From contig OZ059894.1 of the NCBI GenBank assembly GCA_964057225.1, positions 1,922,001 to 1,986,000 of the forward strand: a stretch of DNA of 64,000 nt, read 5' to 3'. Both the position numbers and the translations under genes were made by a program. The notes under the pieces were generated by a model, which worked only from the letters and a program-made list of their open reading frames with translations, did not search any database and had not been told where the DNA came from. Shown piece by piece: positions 1-15,000 of the stretch (position 1 is the first letter of the stretch; every line of letters begins with the position of its first letter). The stretch comes from Auanema rhodensis (lineage: Eukaryota; Animalia; Nematoda).

Positions 1-3000
1 AAAAATTAGTTATGATCGTTTGAAAAATGATGCATTAGTGTATGTTGAGTTTCCATGTACACTCAACATAGCTTCCAAAAACATTTTGACAAAAATTTTT
101 TCGAAAAATTTCAAAATAATTTAGCAGAAAGTAGATGTTTTTAGATTCCTTTTTTTAAGGCAAAGACGATGGACAATGTTATTCAACGAAAAAATTAATT
201 CTTCAGGGTGAAAATCGAGGATATAAGTGTGAACTTATATCAGTTGATATCTCGTTGCATTTTTAAGCTAGCGCAAATCTGATAACACAGATCGACGCAG
301 CTTGAAAATACGCATCGAATGCACTATACTACTTTGAGAAACGCTTAATACAAAAATTAGTTATGATCGTTTGAAAAATGATGCATTAGTGTATGTTGAG
401 TTTCCATGTACACTCAACATAGCTTCCAAAAACATTTTGACAAAAATTTTTTCGAAAAATTTCAGAATAATTTAGCAAAAAGTAGATGTTTTTAGATTTC
501 TTTTCTCAAGGCAAAGACGATGGACAATGTTATTCAACGAAAAAATTAATTCTTCAGGGTGAAAATCGAGGATATAAGTGTGAACTTATATCAGTTGATA
601 TCTCGGTGCATTTTTAAGCTAGCGCAAATCTGATAACACAGATCGACGCAGCTTGAAAATCCGCATCGAATGCACTATACTACTTTGAGAAACGCTTAAT
701 ACAAAAATTAGTTATGATCGTTTGAAAAATGATGCATTAGTGTATGTTGAGTTTCCATGTACACTCAACATTGCTTCCAAAAAAATTTTGACAAAAATTT
801 TTTCGAAAAATTTCAAATTAATTTAGCAGAAAGTATATGTTTTTAGATTTCTTTTTTCAAGGCAAAGACGATGGACAATGTTATTCAACGAAAAAATTAA
901 TTCTTCAGGGTGAAAATCGAGGATATAAGTGTGAATTTATATCAGTTGATATCTCGGTGCATTTTTAAGCTAGCGCAAATCTGATAACACAGATCGACGC
1001 AGCTTGAAAATCCGCATTGAATGCACTATACTACATTGAGGAACGCTTAATACAAAAATTAGTTATGATCGTTTGAAAAATGATGCATTAGTGTATGTTG
1101 AGTTTCCATGTACACTCAACATAGCTTCCAAAAACATTTTGACAAAAATTTTTTCGAAAAATTTCAAAATAATTTAGCAGAAAGTAGATGTTTTTAGATT
1201 CCTTTTTTTAAGGCAAAGACGATGGACAATGTTATTCAACGAAAAAATTAATTCTTCAGGGTGAAAATCGAGGATATAAGTGTGAACTTATATCAGTTGA
1301 TATCTCGGTGCATTTTTAAGCTAGCGCAAATCTGATAACACAGATCGACGCAGCTTGAAAATCCGCATCGAATGCACTATACTACATTGAGGAACGCTTA
1401 ATACAAAAATTAGTTATGATCGTTTGAAAAATGATGCATTAGTGTATGTTGAGTTTCCATGTACACTCAACATAGCTTCCAAAAACATTTTGACAAAACT
1501 TTTTTCGAAAAATTTCAAAATAATTTAGCAGAAAGTAGATGTTTTTAGATTCCTTTTTTTAAGGCAAAGACGACAGACAATGTTATTCAACGAAAAAATT
1601 AATTCTTCAGGGTGAAAATCGAGGATATAAGTGTGAACTTATATCAGTTGATATCTCGTTGCATTTTTAAGCTAGCGCAAATCTGATAACACAGATCGAC
1701 GCAGCTTGAAAATACGCATCGAATGCACTATACTACATTGAGGAACGCTTAATACAAAAATTAGTTATGATCGTTTGAAAAATGATGCATTAGTGTATGT
1801 TGAGTTTCCATGTACACTCAACATAGCTTCCAAAAACATTTTGACAAAAATTTTTTCGAAAAATTTCAAAATAATTTAGCAGAAAGTAGATGTTTTTAGA
1901 TTCCTTTTTTTAAGGCAAAGACGATGGACAATGTTATTCAACGAAAAAATTAATTCTTCAGGGTGAAAATCGAGGATATAAGTGTGAACATATATCAGTT
2001 GATATCTCGGTGCATTTTCAAGCTAACTCAAATCTGATAACACAGATCGACGCAGCTTGAAAATCCGCATCGAATGCACTATACTACATTGAGGAACGCT
2101 TAATACAAAAATTAGTTATGATCGTTTGAAAAATGATGCATTAGTGTATGTTGAGTTTCCATGTACACTCAACATAGCTTCCAAAAACATTTTGACAAAA
2201 ATTTTTTCGAAAAATTTCAAAATAATTTAGCAGAAAGTAGATGTTTTTAGATTCCTTTTTTTAAGGCAAAGACGATGGACAATGTTATTCAACGAAAAAA
2301 TTAATTCTTCAGGGTGAAAATCGAGGATATAAGTGTGAACTTATATCAGTTGATATCTCGGTGCATTTTTAAGCTAGCGCAAATCTGATAACACAGATCG
2401 ACGCAGCTTGAAAATCCGCATCGAATGCACTATACTACTTTGAGAAACGCTTAATACAAAAATTAGTTATGATCGTTTGAAAAATGATGCATTAGTGTAT
2501 GTTGAGTTTCCATGTACACTCAACATAGCTTCCAAAAACATTTTGACAAAATTTTTTTCGAAAAATTTCAAAATAATTTAGCAGAAAGTAGATGTTTTTA
2601 GATTCCTTTTTTTAAGGCAAAGACGACAGACAATGTTATTCAACGAAAAAATTAATTCTTCAGGGTGAAAATCGAGGATATAAGTGTGAACTTATATCAG
2701 TTGATATCTCGGTGCATTTTTAAGCTAGCGCAAATCTGATAACACAGATCGACGCAGCTTGAAAATCCGCATCGAATGCACTATACTACATTGAGGAACG
2801 CTTAATACAAAAATTAGTTATGATCGTTTGAAAAATGATGCATTAGTGTATGTTGAGTTTCCATGTACACTCAACATAGCTTCCAAAAACATTTTGACAA
2901 AAATTTTTTCGAAAAATTTCAAAATAATTTAGCAGAAAGTAGATGTTTTTAGATTCCTTTTTTTAAGGCAAAGACGATGGACAATGTTATTCAACGAAAA

Positions 3001-6000
3001 AATTAATTCTTCAGGGTGAAAATCGAGGATATAAGTGTGAACTTATATCAGTTGATATCTCGTTGCATTTTTAAGCTAGCGCAAATCTGATAACACAGAT
3101 CGACGCAGCTTGAAAATACGCATCGAATGCACTATACTACTTTGAGAAACGCTTAATACAAAAATTAGTTATGATCGTTTGAAAAATGATGCATTAGTGT
3201 ATGTTGAGTTTCCATGTACACTCAACATAGCTTCCAAAAACATTTTGACAAAAATTTTTTCGAAAAATTTCAGAATAATTTAGCAAAAAGTAGATGTTTT
3301 TAGATTTCTTTTCTCAAGGCAAAGACGATGGACAATGTTATTCAACGAAAAAATTAATTCTTCAGGGTGAAAATCGAGGATATAAGTGTGAACTTATATC
3401 AGTTGATATCTCGGTGCATTTTTAAGCTAGCGCAAATCTGATAACACAGATCGACGCAGCTTGAAAATCCGCATCGAATGCACTATACTACTTTGAGAAA
3501 CGCTTAATACAAAAATTAGTTATGATCGTTTGAAAAATGATGCATTAGTGTATGTTGAGTTTCCATGTACACTCAACATTGCTTCCAAAAAAATTTTGAC
3601 AAAAATTTTTTCGAAAAATTTCAAATTAATTTAGCAGAAAGTATATGTTTTTAGATTTCTTTTTTCAAGGCAAAGACGATGGACAATGTTATTCAACGAA
3701 AAAATTAATTCTTCAGGGTGAAAATCGAGGATATAAGTGTGAATTTATATCAGTTGATATCTCGGTGCATTTTTAAGCTAGCGCAAATCTGATAACACAG
3801 ATCGACGCAGCTTGAAAATCCGCATTGAATGCACTATACTACATTGAGGAACGCTTAATACAAAAATTAGTTATGATCGTTTGAAAAATGATGCATTAGT
3901 GTATGTTGAGTTTCCATGTACACTCAACATAGCTTCCAAAAACATTTTGACAAAAATTTTTTCGAAAAATTTCAAAATAATTTAGCAGAAAGTAGATGTT
4001 TTTAGATTCCTTTTTTTAAGGCAAAGACGATGGACAATGTTATTCAACGAAAAAATTAATTCTTCAGGGTGAAAATCGAGAATATAAGTGTGAACTTATA
4101 TCAGTTGATATCTCGGTGCATTTTTAAGCTAGCGCAAATCTGATAACACAGATCGACGCAGCTTGAAAATCCGCATCGAATGCACTATACTACATTGAGG
4201 AACGCTTAATACAAAAATTAGTTATGATCGTTTGAAAAATGATGCATTAGTGTATGTTGAGTTTCCATGTACACTCAACATAGCTTCCAAAAACATTTTG
4301 ACAAAACTTTTTTCGAAAAATTTCAAAATAATTTAGCAGAAAGTAGATGTTTTTAGATTCCTTTTTTTAAGGCAAAGACGATGGACAATGTTATTCAACG
4401 AAAAAATTAATTCTTCAGGGTGAAAATCGAGGATATAAGTGTGAACTTATATCAGTTGATATCTCGGTGCATTTTTAAGCTAGCGCAAATCTGATAACAC
4501 AGATCGACGCAGCTTGAAAATCCGCATCGAATGCACTATACTACTTTGAGAAACGCTTAATACAAAAATTAGTTATGATCGTTTGAAAAATGATGCATTA
4601 GTGTATGTTGAGTTTCCATGTACACTCAACATAGCTTCCAAAAACATTTTGACAAAATTTTTTTCGAAAAATTTCAAAATAATTTAGCAGAAAGTAGATG
4701 TTTTTAGATTCCTTTTTTTAAGGCAAAGACGATGGACAATGTTATTCAACGAAAAAATTAATTCTTCAGGGTGAAAATCGAGGATATAAGTGTGAACTTA
4801 TATCAGTTGATATCTCGGTGCATTTTTAAGCTAGCGCAAATCTGATAACACAGATCGACGCAGCTTGAAAATCCGCATCGAATGCACTATACTACTTTGA
4901 GAAACGCTTAATACAAAAATTAGTTATGATCGTTTGAAAAATGATGCATTAGTGTATGTTGAGTTTCCATGTACACTCAACATAGCTTCCAAAAACATTT
5001 TGACAAAATTTTTTTCGAAAAATTTCAAAATAATTTAGCAGAAAGTAGATGTTTTTAGATTCCTTTTTTTAAGGCAAAGACGATGGACAATGTTATTCAA
5101 CGAAAAAATTAATTCTTCAGGGTGAAAATCGAGGATATAAGTGTGAACTTATATCAGTTGATATCTCGGTGCATTTTTAAGCTAGCGCAAATCTGATAAC
5201 ACAGATCGACGCAGCTTGAAAATCCGCATCGAATGCACTATACTACATTGAGAAACGCTTAATACAAAAATTAGTTATGATCGTTTGAAAAATGATGCAT
5301 TAGTTTATGTTGAGTTTCCATGTACACTCAACATTGCTTCCAAAAACATTTTGACAAAAATTTTTTCGAAAAATTTCAAAATAATTTAGCAAAAAGTAGA
5401 TGTTTTTAGATTCCTTTTTTCAAGGCGAAGACGATGGACATTGTTATTCAACGAAAAAATTAATTCTTCAGGGTGAAAATCGAGGATATAAGTGTGAACT
5501 TATATCAGTTGATATCTCGGTGCATTTTTAAGCTAGCGCAAATCTGATAACACAGATCGACGCAGCTTGAAAATCCGCATCGAATGCACTATACTACATT
5601 GAGGAACGCTTAATACAAAAATTAGTTATGATCGTTTGAAAAATGATGCATTAGTGTATGTTGAGTTTCCATGTACACTCAACATAGCTTCCAAAAACAT
5701 TTTGACAAAAATTTTTTCGAAAAATTTCAAAATAATTTAGCAGAAAGTAGATGTTTTTAGATTCCTTTTTTTAAGGCAAAGACGATGGACAATGTTATTC
5801 AACGAAAAAATTAATTCTTCAGGGTGAAAATCGAGGATATAAGTGTGAACTTATATCAGTTGATATCTCGGTGCATTTTTAAGCTAGCGCAAATCTGATA
5901 ACACAGATCGACGCAGCTTGAAAATCCGCATCGAATGCACTATACTACATTGAGGAACGCTTAATACAAAAATTAGTTATGATCGTTTGAAAAATGATGC

Positions 6001-9000
6001 ATTAGTGTATGTTGAGTTTCCATGTACACTCAACATAGCTTCCAAAAACATTTTGACAAAAATTTTTTCGAAAAATTTCAAAATAATTTAGCAGAAAGTA
6101 GATGTTTTTAGATTCCTTTTTTTAAGGCAAAGACGATGGACAATGTTATTCAACGAAAAAATTAATTCTTCAGGGTGAAAATCGAGGATATAAGTGTGAA
6201 CTTATATCAGTTGATATCTCGGTGCATTTTTAAGCTAGCGCAAATCTGATAACACAGATCGACGCAGCTTGAAAATCCGCATCGAATGCACTATACTACA
6301 TTGAGGAACGCTTAATACAAAAATTAGTTATGATCGTTTGAAAAATGATGCATTAGTGTATGTTGAGTTTCCATGTACACTCAACATAGCTTCCAAAAAC
6401 ATTTTGACAAAAATTTTTTCGAAAAATTTCAAAATAATTTAGCAGAAAGTAGATGTTTTTAGATTCCTTTTTTTAAGGCAAAGACGATGGACAATGTTAT
6501 TCAACGAAAAAATTAATTCTTCAGGGTGAAAATCGAGGATATAAGTGTGAACTTATATCAGTTGATATCTCGGTGCATTTTTAAGCTAGCGCAAATCTGA
6601 TAACACAGATCGACGCAGCTTGAAAATCCGCATCGAATGCACTATACTACTTTGAGAAACGCTTAATACAAAAATTAGTTATGATCGTTTGAAAAATGAT
6701 GCATTAGTGTATGTTGAGTTTCCATGTACACTCAACATAGCTTCCAAAAACATTTTGACAAAATTTTTTTCGAAAAATTTCAAAATAATTTAGCAGAAAG
6801 TAGATGTTTTTAGATTCCTTTTTTTAAGGCAAAGACGACAGACAATGTTATTCAACGAAAAAATTAATTCTTCAGGGTGAAAATCGAGGATATAAGTGTG
6901 AACTTATATCAGTTGATATCTCGGTGCATTTTTAAGCTAGCGCAAATCTGATAACACAGATCGACGCAGCTTAAAAATCCGCATCGAATGCACTATACTA
7001 CATTGAGGAACGCTTAATACAAAAATTAGTTATGATCGTTTGAAAAATGATGCATTAGTGTATGTTGAGTTTCCATGTACACTCAACATAGCTTCCAAAA
7101 ACATTTTGACAAAAATTTTTTCGAAAAATTTCAGAATAATTTAGCAAAAAGTAGATGTTTTTAGATTTCTTCTCTCAAGGCAAAGACGATGGACAATGTT
7201 ATTCAACGAAAAAATTAATTCTTCAGGGTGAAAATCGAGGATATAAGTGTGAACTTATATCAGTTGATATCTCGGTGCATTTTTAAGCTAGCGCAAATCT
7301 GATAACACAGATCGACGCAGCTTGAAAATCCGCATCGAATGCACTATACTACATTGAGAAACGCTTAATACAAAAATTAGTTATGATCGTTTGAAAAATG
7401 ATGCATTAGTGTATGTTGAGTTTCCATGTACACTCAACATAGCTTCCAAAAACATTTTGACAAAAATTTTTTCGAAAAATTTCAAAATAATTTAGCAGAA
7501 AGTAGATGTTTTTAGATTCCTTTTTTTAAGGCAAAGACGATGGACAATGTTATTCAACGAAAAAATTAATTCTTCAGGGTGAAAATCGAGGATATAAGTG
7601 TGAACTTATATCAGTTGATATCTCGGTGCATTTTTAAGCTAGCGCAAATCTGATAACACAGATCGACGCAGCTTGAAAATACGCATCGAATGCACTATAC
7701 TACTTTAAGAAACGCTTAATACAAAAATTAGTTATGATCGTTTGAAAAATGATGCATTAGTGTATGTTGAGTTTCCATGTACACTCAACATAGCTTCCAA
7801 AAACATTTTGACAAAAATTTTTTCGAAAAATTTCGAAATAATTTAGCAGAAAGTAGATGTTTTTAGATTCCTTTTTTTAAGGCAAAGACGATGGACAATG
7901 TTATTCAACGAAAAAATTAATTCTTCAGGGTGAAAATCGAGGATATAAGTGTGAACTTATATCAGTTGATATCTCGGTGCATTTTTAAGCTAGCGCAAAT
8001 CTGATAACACAGATCGACGCAGCTTAAAAATCCGCATCGAATGCACTATACTACATTGAGGAACGCTTAATACAAAAATTAGTTATGATCGTTTGAAAAA
8101 TGATGCATTAGTGTATGTTGAGTTTCCATGTACACTCAACATAGCTTCCAAAAACATTTTGACAAAAATTTTTTCGAAAAATTTCAAAATAATTTAGCAG
8201 AAAGTAGATGTTTTTAGATTCCTTTTTTTAAGGCAAAGACGATGGACAATGTTATTCAACGAAAAAATTAATTCTTCAGGGTGAAAATCGAGGATATAAG
8301 TGTGAACTTATATCAGTTGATATCTCGGTGCATTTTTAAGCTAGCGCAAATCTGATAACACAGATCGACGCAGCTTGAAAATCCGCATCGAATGCACTAT
8401 ACTACATTGAGGAACGCTTAATACAAAAATTAGTTATGATCGTTTGAAAAATGATGCATTAGTGTATGTTGAGTTTCCATGTACACTCAACATAGCTTCC
8501 AAAAACATTTTGACAAAAATTTTTTCGAAAAATTTCAAAATAATTTAGCAGAAAGTAGATGTTTTTAGATTCCTTTTTTTAAGGCAAAGACGATGGACAA
8601 TGTTATTCAACGAAAAAATTAATTCTTCAGGGTGAAAATCGAGGATATAAGTGTGAACTTATATCAGTTGATATCTCGGTGCATTTTTAAGCTAGCGCAA
8701 ATCTGATAACACAGATCGACGCAGCTTGAAAATCCGCATCGAATGCACTATACTACTTTGAGAAACGCTTAATACAAAAATTAGTTATGATCGTTTGAAA
8801 AATGATGCATTAGTGTATGTTGAGTTTCCATGTACACTCAACATAGCTTCCAAAAACATTTTGACAAAATTTTTTTCGAAAAATTTCAAAATAATTTAGC
8901 AGAAAGTAGATGTTTTTAGATTCCTTTTTTTAAGGCAAAGACGACAGACAATGTTATTCAACGAAAAAATTAATTCTTCAGGGTGAAAATCGAGGATATA

Positions 9001-12000
9001 AGTGTGAACTTATATCAGTTGATATCTCGGTGCATTTTTAAGCTAGCGCAAATCTGATAACACAGATCGACGCAGCTTAAAAATCCGCATCGAATGCACT
9101 ATACTACATTGAGGAACGCTTAATACAAAAATTAGTTATGATCGTTTGAAAAATGATGCATTAGTGTATGTTGAGTTTCCATGTACACTCAACATAGCTT
9201 CCAAAAACATTTTGACAAAAATTTTTTCGAAAAATTTCAGAATAATTTAGCAAAAAGTAGATGTTTTTAGATTTCTTTTCTCAAGGCAAAGACGATGGAC
9301 AATGTTATTCAACGAAAAAATTAATTCTTCAGGGTGAAAATCGAGGATATAAGTGTGAACTTATATCAGTTGATATCTCGGTGCATTTTTAAGCTAGCGC
9401 AAATCTGATAACACAGATCGACGCAGCTTGAAAATCCGCATCGAATGCACTATACTACATTGAGAAACGCTTAATACAAAAATTAGTTATGATCGTTTGA
9501 AAAATGATGCATTAGTGTATGTTGAGTTTCCATGTACACTCAACATAGCTTCCAAAAACATTTTGACAAAAATTTTTTCGAAAAATTTCAAAATAATTTA
9601 GCAGAAAGTAGATGTTTTTAGATTCCTTTTTTTAAGGCAAAGACGACAGACAATGTTATTCAACGAAAAAATTAATTCTTCAGGGTGAAAATCGAGGATA
9701 TAAGTGTGAACTTATATCAGTTGATATCTCGGTGCATTTTTAAGCTAGCGCAAATCTGATAACACAGATCGACGCAGCTTAAAAATCCGCATCGAATGCA
9801 CTATACTACATTGAGGAACGCTTAATACAAAAATTAGTTATGATCGTTTGAAAAATGATGCATTAGTGTATGTTGAGTTTCCATGTACACTCAACATAGC
9901 TTCCAAAAACATTTTGACAAAAATTTTTTCGAAAAATTTCAGAATAATTTAGCAAAAAGTAGATGTTTTTAGATTTCTTTTCTCAAGGCAAAGACGATGG
10001 ACAATGTTATTCAACGAAAAAATTAATTCTTCAGGGTGAAAATCGAGGATATAAGTGTGAACTTATATCAGTTGATATCTCGGTGCATTTTTAAGCTAGC
10101 GCAAATCTGATAACACAGATCGACGCAGCTTGAAAATCCGCATCGAATGCACTATACTACATTGAGAAACGCTTAATACAAAAATTAGTTATGATCGTTT
10201 GAAAAATGATGCATTAGTGTATGTTGAGTTTCCATGTACACTCAACATAGCTTCCAAAAACATTTTGACAAAAATTTTTTCGAAAAATTTCAAAATAATT
10301 TAGCAGAAAGTAGATGTTTTTAGATTCCTTTTTTTAAGGCAAAGACGATGGACAATGTTATTCAACGAAAAAATTAATTCTTCAGGGTGAAAATCGAGGA
10401 TATAAGTGTGAACTTATATCAGTTGATATCTCGGTGCATTTTTAAGCTAGCGCAAATCTGATAACACAGATCGACGCAGCTTGAAAATACGCATCGAATG
10501 CACTATACTACTTTGAGAAACGCTTAATACAAAAATTAGTTATGATCGTTTGAAAAATGATGCATTAGTGTATGTTGAGTTTCCATGTACACTCAACATA
10601 GCTTCCAAAAACATTTTGACAAAAATTTTTTCGAAAAATTTCGAAATAATTTAGCAGAAAGTAGATGTTTTTAGATTCCTTTTTTTAAGGCAAAGACGAT
10701 GGACAATGTTATTCAACGAAAAAATTAATTCTTCAGGGTGAAAATCGAGGATATAAGTGTGAACTTATATCAGTTGATATCTCGGTGCATTTTTAAGCTA
10801 GCGCAAATCTGATAACACAGATCGACGCAGCTTAAAAATCCGCATCGAATGCACTATACTACATTGAGGAACGCTTAATACAAAAATTAGTTATGATCGT
10901 TTGAAAAATGATGCATTAGTGTATGTTGAGTTTCCATGTACACTCAACATAGCTTCCAAAAACATTTTGACAAAAATTTTTTCGAAAAATTTCAAAATAA
11001 TTTAGCAGAAAGTAGATGTTTTTAGATTCCTTTTTTTAAGGCAAAGACGATGGACAATGTTATTCAACGAAAAAATTAATTCTTCAGGGTGAAAATCGAG
11101 GATATAAGTGTGAACTTATATCAGTTGATATCTCGGTGCATTTTTAAGCTAGCGCAAATCTGATAACACAGATCGACGTAGCTTGAAAATACGCATCGAA
11201 TGCACTATACTACTTTGAGAAACGCTTAATACAAAAATTAGTTATGATCGTTTGAAAAATGATGCATTAGTGTATGTTGAGTTTCCATGTACACTCAACA
11301 TAGCTTCCAAAAACATTTTGACAAAAATTTTTTCGAAAAATTTCAAAATAATTTAGCAAAAAGTAGATGTTTTTAGATTCCTTTTTTCAAGGCAAAGACG
11401 ATGGACAATGTTATTCAACAAAAAAATTAATTCTTCAGGGTGAAAATCGAGGATATAAGTGTGAACTTATCTCAGTTGATATCTCGGTGCATTTTTAAGC
11501 TAGCGCAAATCTGATAACACAGATCGACGCAGCTTGAAAATCCGCATCGAATGCACTATACTACATTGAGGAACGCTTAATACAAAAATTAGTTATGATC
11601 GTTTGAAAAATGATGCATTAGTGTATGTTGAGTTTCCATGTACACTCAACATAGCTTCCAAAAACATTTTGACAAAAATTTTTTCGAAAAATTTCAAAAT
11701 AATTTAGCAAAAAGTAGATGTTTTTAGATTCCTTTTTTCAAGGCAAAGACGATGGACAATGTTATTCAACAAAAAAATTAATTCTTCAGGGTGAAAATCG
11801 AGGATATAAGTGTGAACTTATCTCAGTTGATATCTCGGTGTATTTTTAAGCTAGCGCAAATCTGATAACACAGATCGACGCAGCTTGAAAATCCGCATCG
11901 AATGCACTATACTACTTTGAGAAACGCTTAATACAAAAATTAGTTATGATCGTTTGAAAAATGATGCATTAGTGTATGTTGAGTTTCCATGTACACTCAA

Positions 12001-15000
12001 CATTGCTTCCAAAAACATTTTGACAAAAATTTTTTCGAAAAATTTCAAATTAATTTAGCAGAAAGTATATGTTTTTAGATTCCTTTTTTCAAGGCAAAGA
12101 CGATGGACAATGTTATTCAACGAAAAAATTAATTCTTCAGGGTGAAAATCGAGGATATAAGTGTGAATTTATATCAGTTGATATCTCGGTGCATTTTTAA
12201 GCTAGCGCAAATCTGATAACACAGATCGACGCAGCTTAAAAATCCGCATCGAATGCACTATACTACATTGAGGAACGCTTAATACAAAAATTAGTTATGA
12301 TCGTTTGAAAAATGATGCATTAGTGTATGTTGAGTTTCCATGTACACTCAAAATAGCTTCCAAAAACATTTTGACAAAAATTTTTTCGAAAAATTTCAGA
12401 ATAATTTAGCAAAAAGTAGATGTTTTTAGATTTCTTTTCTCAAGGCAAAGACGATGGACAATGTTATTCAACGAAAAAATTAATTCTTCAGGGTGAAAAT
12501 CGAGGATATAAGTGTAAACTTATATCAGTTGATATCTCGGTGCATTTTTAAGCTAGCGCAAATCTGATAACACAGATCGACGCAGCTTGAAAATCCGCAT
12601 CGAATGCACTATACTACTTTGAGAAACGCTTAATACAAAAATCAGTTATGATCGTTTGAAAAATGATGCATTAGTGTATGTTGAGTTTCCATGTACACTC
12701 AACATTGCTTCCAAAAACATTTTGACAAAAATTTTTTCGAAAAATTTCAAATTAATTTAGCAAAAAGTAGATGTTTTTAGATTCCTTTTTTCAAGGCGAA
12801 GACGATGGACAATGTTATTCAACGAAAAAATTAATTCTTCAGGGTGAAAATCGAGGATATAAGTGTGAATTTATATCAGTTGATATCTCGGTGCATTTTT
12901 AAGCTAGCGCAAATCTGATAACACAGATCGACGCAGCTTAAAAATCCGCATCGAATGCACTATACTACATTGAGGAACGCTTAATACAAAAATTAGTTAT
13001 GATCGTTTGAAAAATGATGCATTAGTGTATGTTGAGTTTCCATGTACACTCAAAATAGCTTCCAAAAACATTTTGACAAAAATTTTTTCGAAAAATTTCA
13101 GAATAATTTAGCAAAAAGTAGATGTTTTTAGATTTCTTTTCTCAAGGCAAAGACGATGGACAATGTTATTCAACGAAAAAATTAATTCTTCAGGGTGAAA
13201 ATCGAGGATATAAGTGTAAACTTATATCAGTTGATATCTCGGTGCATTTTTAAGCTAGCGCAAATCTGATAACACAGATCGACGCAGCTTGAAAATCCGC
13301 ATCGAATGCACTATACTACTTTGAGAAACGCTTAATACAAAAATCAGTTATGATCGTTTGAAAAATGATGCATTAGTGTATGTTGAGTTTCCATGTACAC
13401 TCAACATTGCTTCCAAAAACATTTTGACCAAAATTTTTTCGAAAAATTTCAAAATAATTTAGCAAAAAGTAGATGTTTTTAGATTCCTTTTTTCAAGGCG
13501 AAGACGATGGACATTGTTATTCAACGAAAAAATTAATTCTTCAGGGTGAAAATCGAGGATATAAGTGTGAACTTATATCAGTTGATATCTCGGTGCATTT
13601 TTAAGCTAGCGCAAATCTGATAACACAGATCGACGCAGCTTGAAAATCCGCATCGAATGCACTATACTACATTGAGAAACGCTTAATACAAAAATTAGTT
13701 ATGATCGTTTGAAAAATGATGCATTAGTGTATGTTGAGTTTCCATGTACACTCAACATAGCTTCCAAAAACATTTTGACAAAAATTTTTTCGAAAAATTT
13801 CAAAATAATTTAGCAGAAAGTAGATGTTTTTAGATTCCTTTTTTTAAGGCAAAGACGATGGACAATGTTATTCAACGAAAAAATTAATTCTTCAGGGTGA
13901 AAATCGAGGATATAAGTGTGAACTTATATCAGTTGATATCTCGTTGCATTTTTAAGCTAGCGCAAATCTGATAACACAGATCGACGCAGCTTGAAAATAC
14001 GCATCGAATGCACTATACTACTTTGAGAAACGCTTAATACAAAAATTAGTTATGATCGTTTGAAAAATGATGCATTAGTGTATGTTGAGTTTCCATGTAC
14101 ACTCAACATAGCTTCCAAAAACATTTTGACAAAAATTTTTTCGAAAAATTTCAGAATAATTTAGCAAAAAGTAGATGTTTTTAGATTTCTTTTCTCAAGG
14201 CAAAGACGATGGACAATGTTATTCAACGAAAAAATTAATTCTTCAGGGTGAAAATCGAGGATATAAGTGTGAACTTATATCAGTTGATATCTCGGTGCAT
14301 TTTTAAGCTAGCGCAAATCTGATAACACAGATCGACGCAGCTTGAAAATCCGCATCGAATGCACTATACTACTTTGAGAAACGCTTAATACAAAAATTAG
14401 TTATGATCGTTTGAAAAATGATGCATTAGTGTATGTTGAGTTTCCATGTACACTCAACATTGCTTCCAAAAAAATTTTGACAAAAATTTTTTCGAAAAAT
14501 TTCAAATTAATTTAGCAGAAAGTATATGTTTTTAGATTTCTTTTTTCAAGGCAAAGACGATGGACAATGTTATTCAACGAAAAAATTAATTCTTCAGGGT
14601 GAAAATCGAGGATATAAGTGTGAACTTATCTCAGTTGATATCTCGGTGTATTTTTAAGCTAGCGCAAATCTGATAACACAGATCGACGCAGCTTGAAAAT
14701 CCGCATCGAATGCACTATACTACTTTGAGAAACGCTTAATACAAAAATTAGTTATGATCGTTTGAAAAATGATGCATTAGTGTATGTTGAGTTTCCATGT
14801 ACACTCAACATTGCTTCCAAAAACATTTTGACAAAAATTTTTTCGAAAAATTTCAAATTAATTTAGCAGAAAGTATATGTTTTTAGATTCCTTTTTTCAA
14901 GGCAAAGACGATGGACAATGTTATTCAACGAAAAAATTAATTCTTCAGGGTGAAAATCGAGGATATAAGTGTGAATTTATATCAGTTGATATCTCGGTGC

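Noticed and set aside
1-351. Satellite as a tandem RNA gene cluster (tRNA, 5S, SL1, snRNA) or telomeric repeat
   Set aside because: No cloverleaf, 5S or SL1 leader sequence was recognised, and TTAAGGC occurs at most once per monomer rather than as a TTAGGC array. An Infernal/Rfam scan would be decisive.
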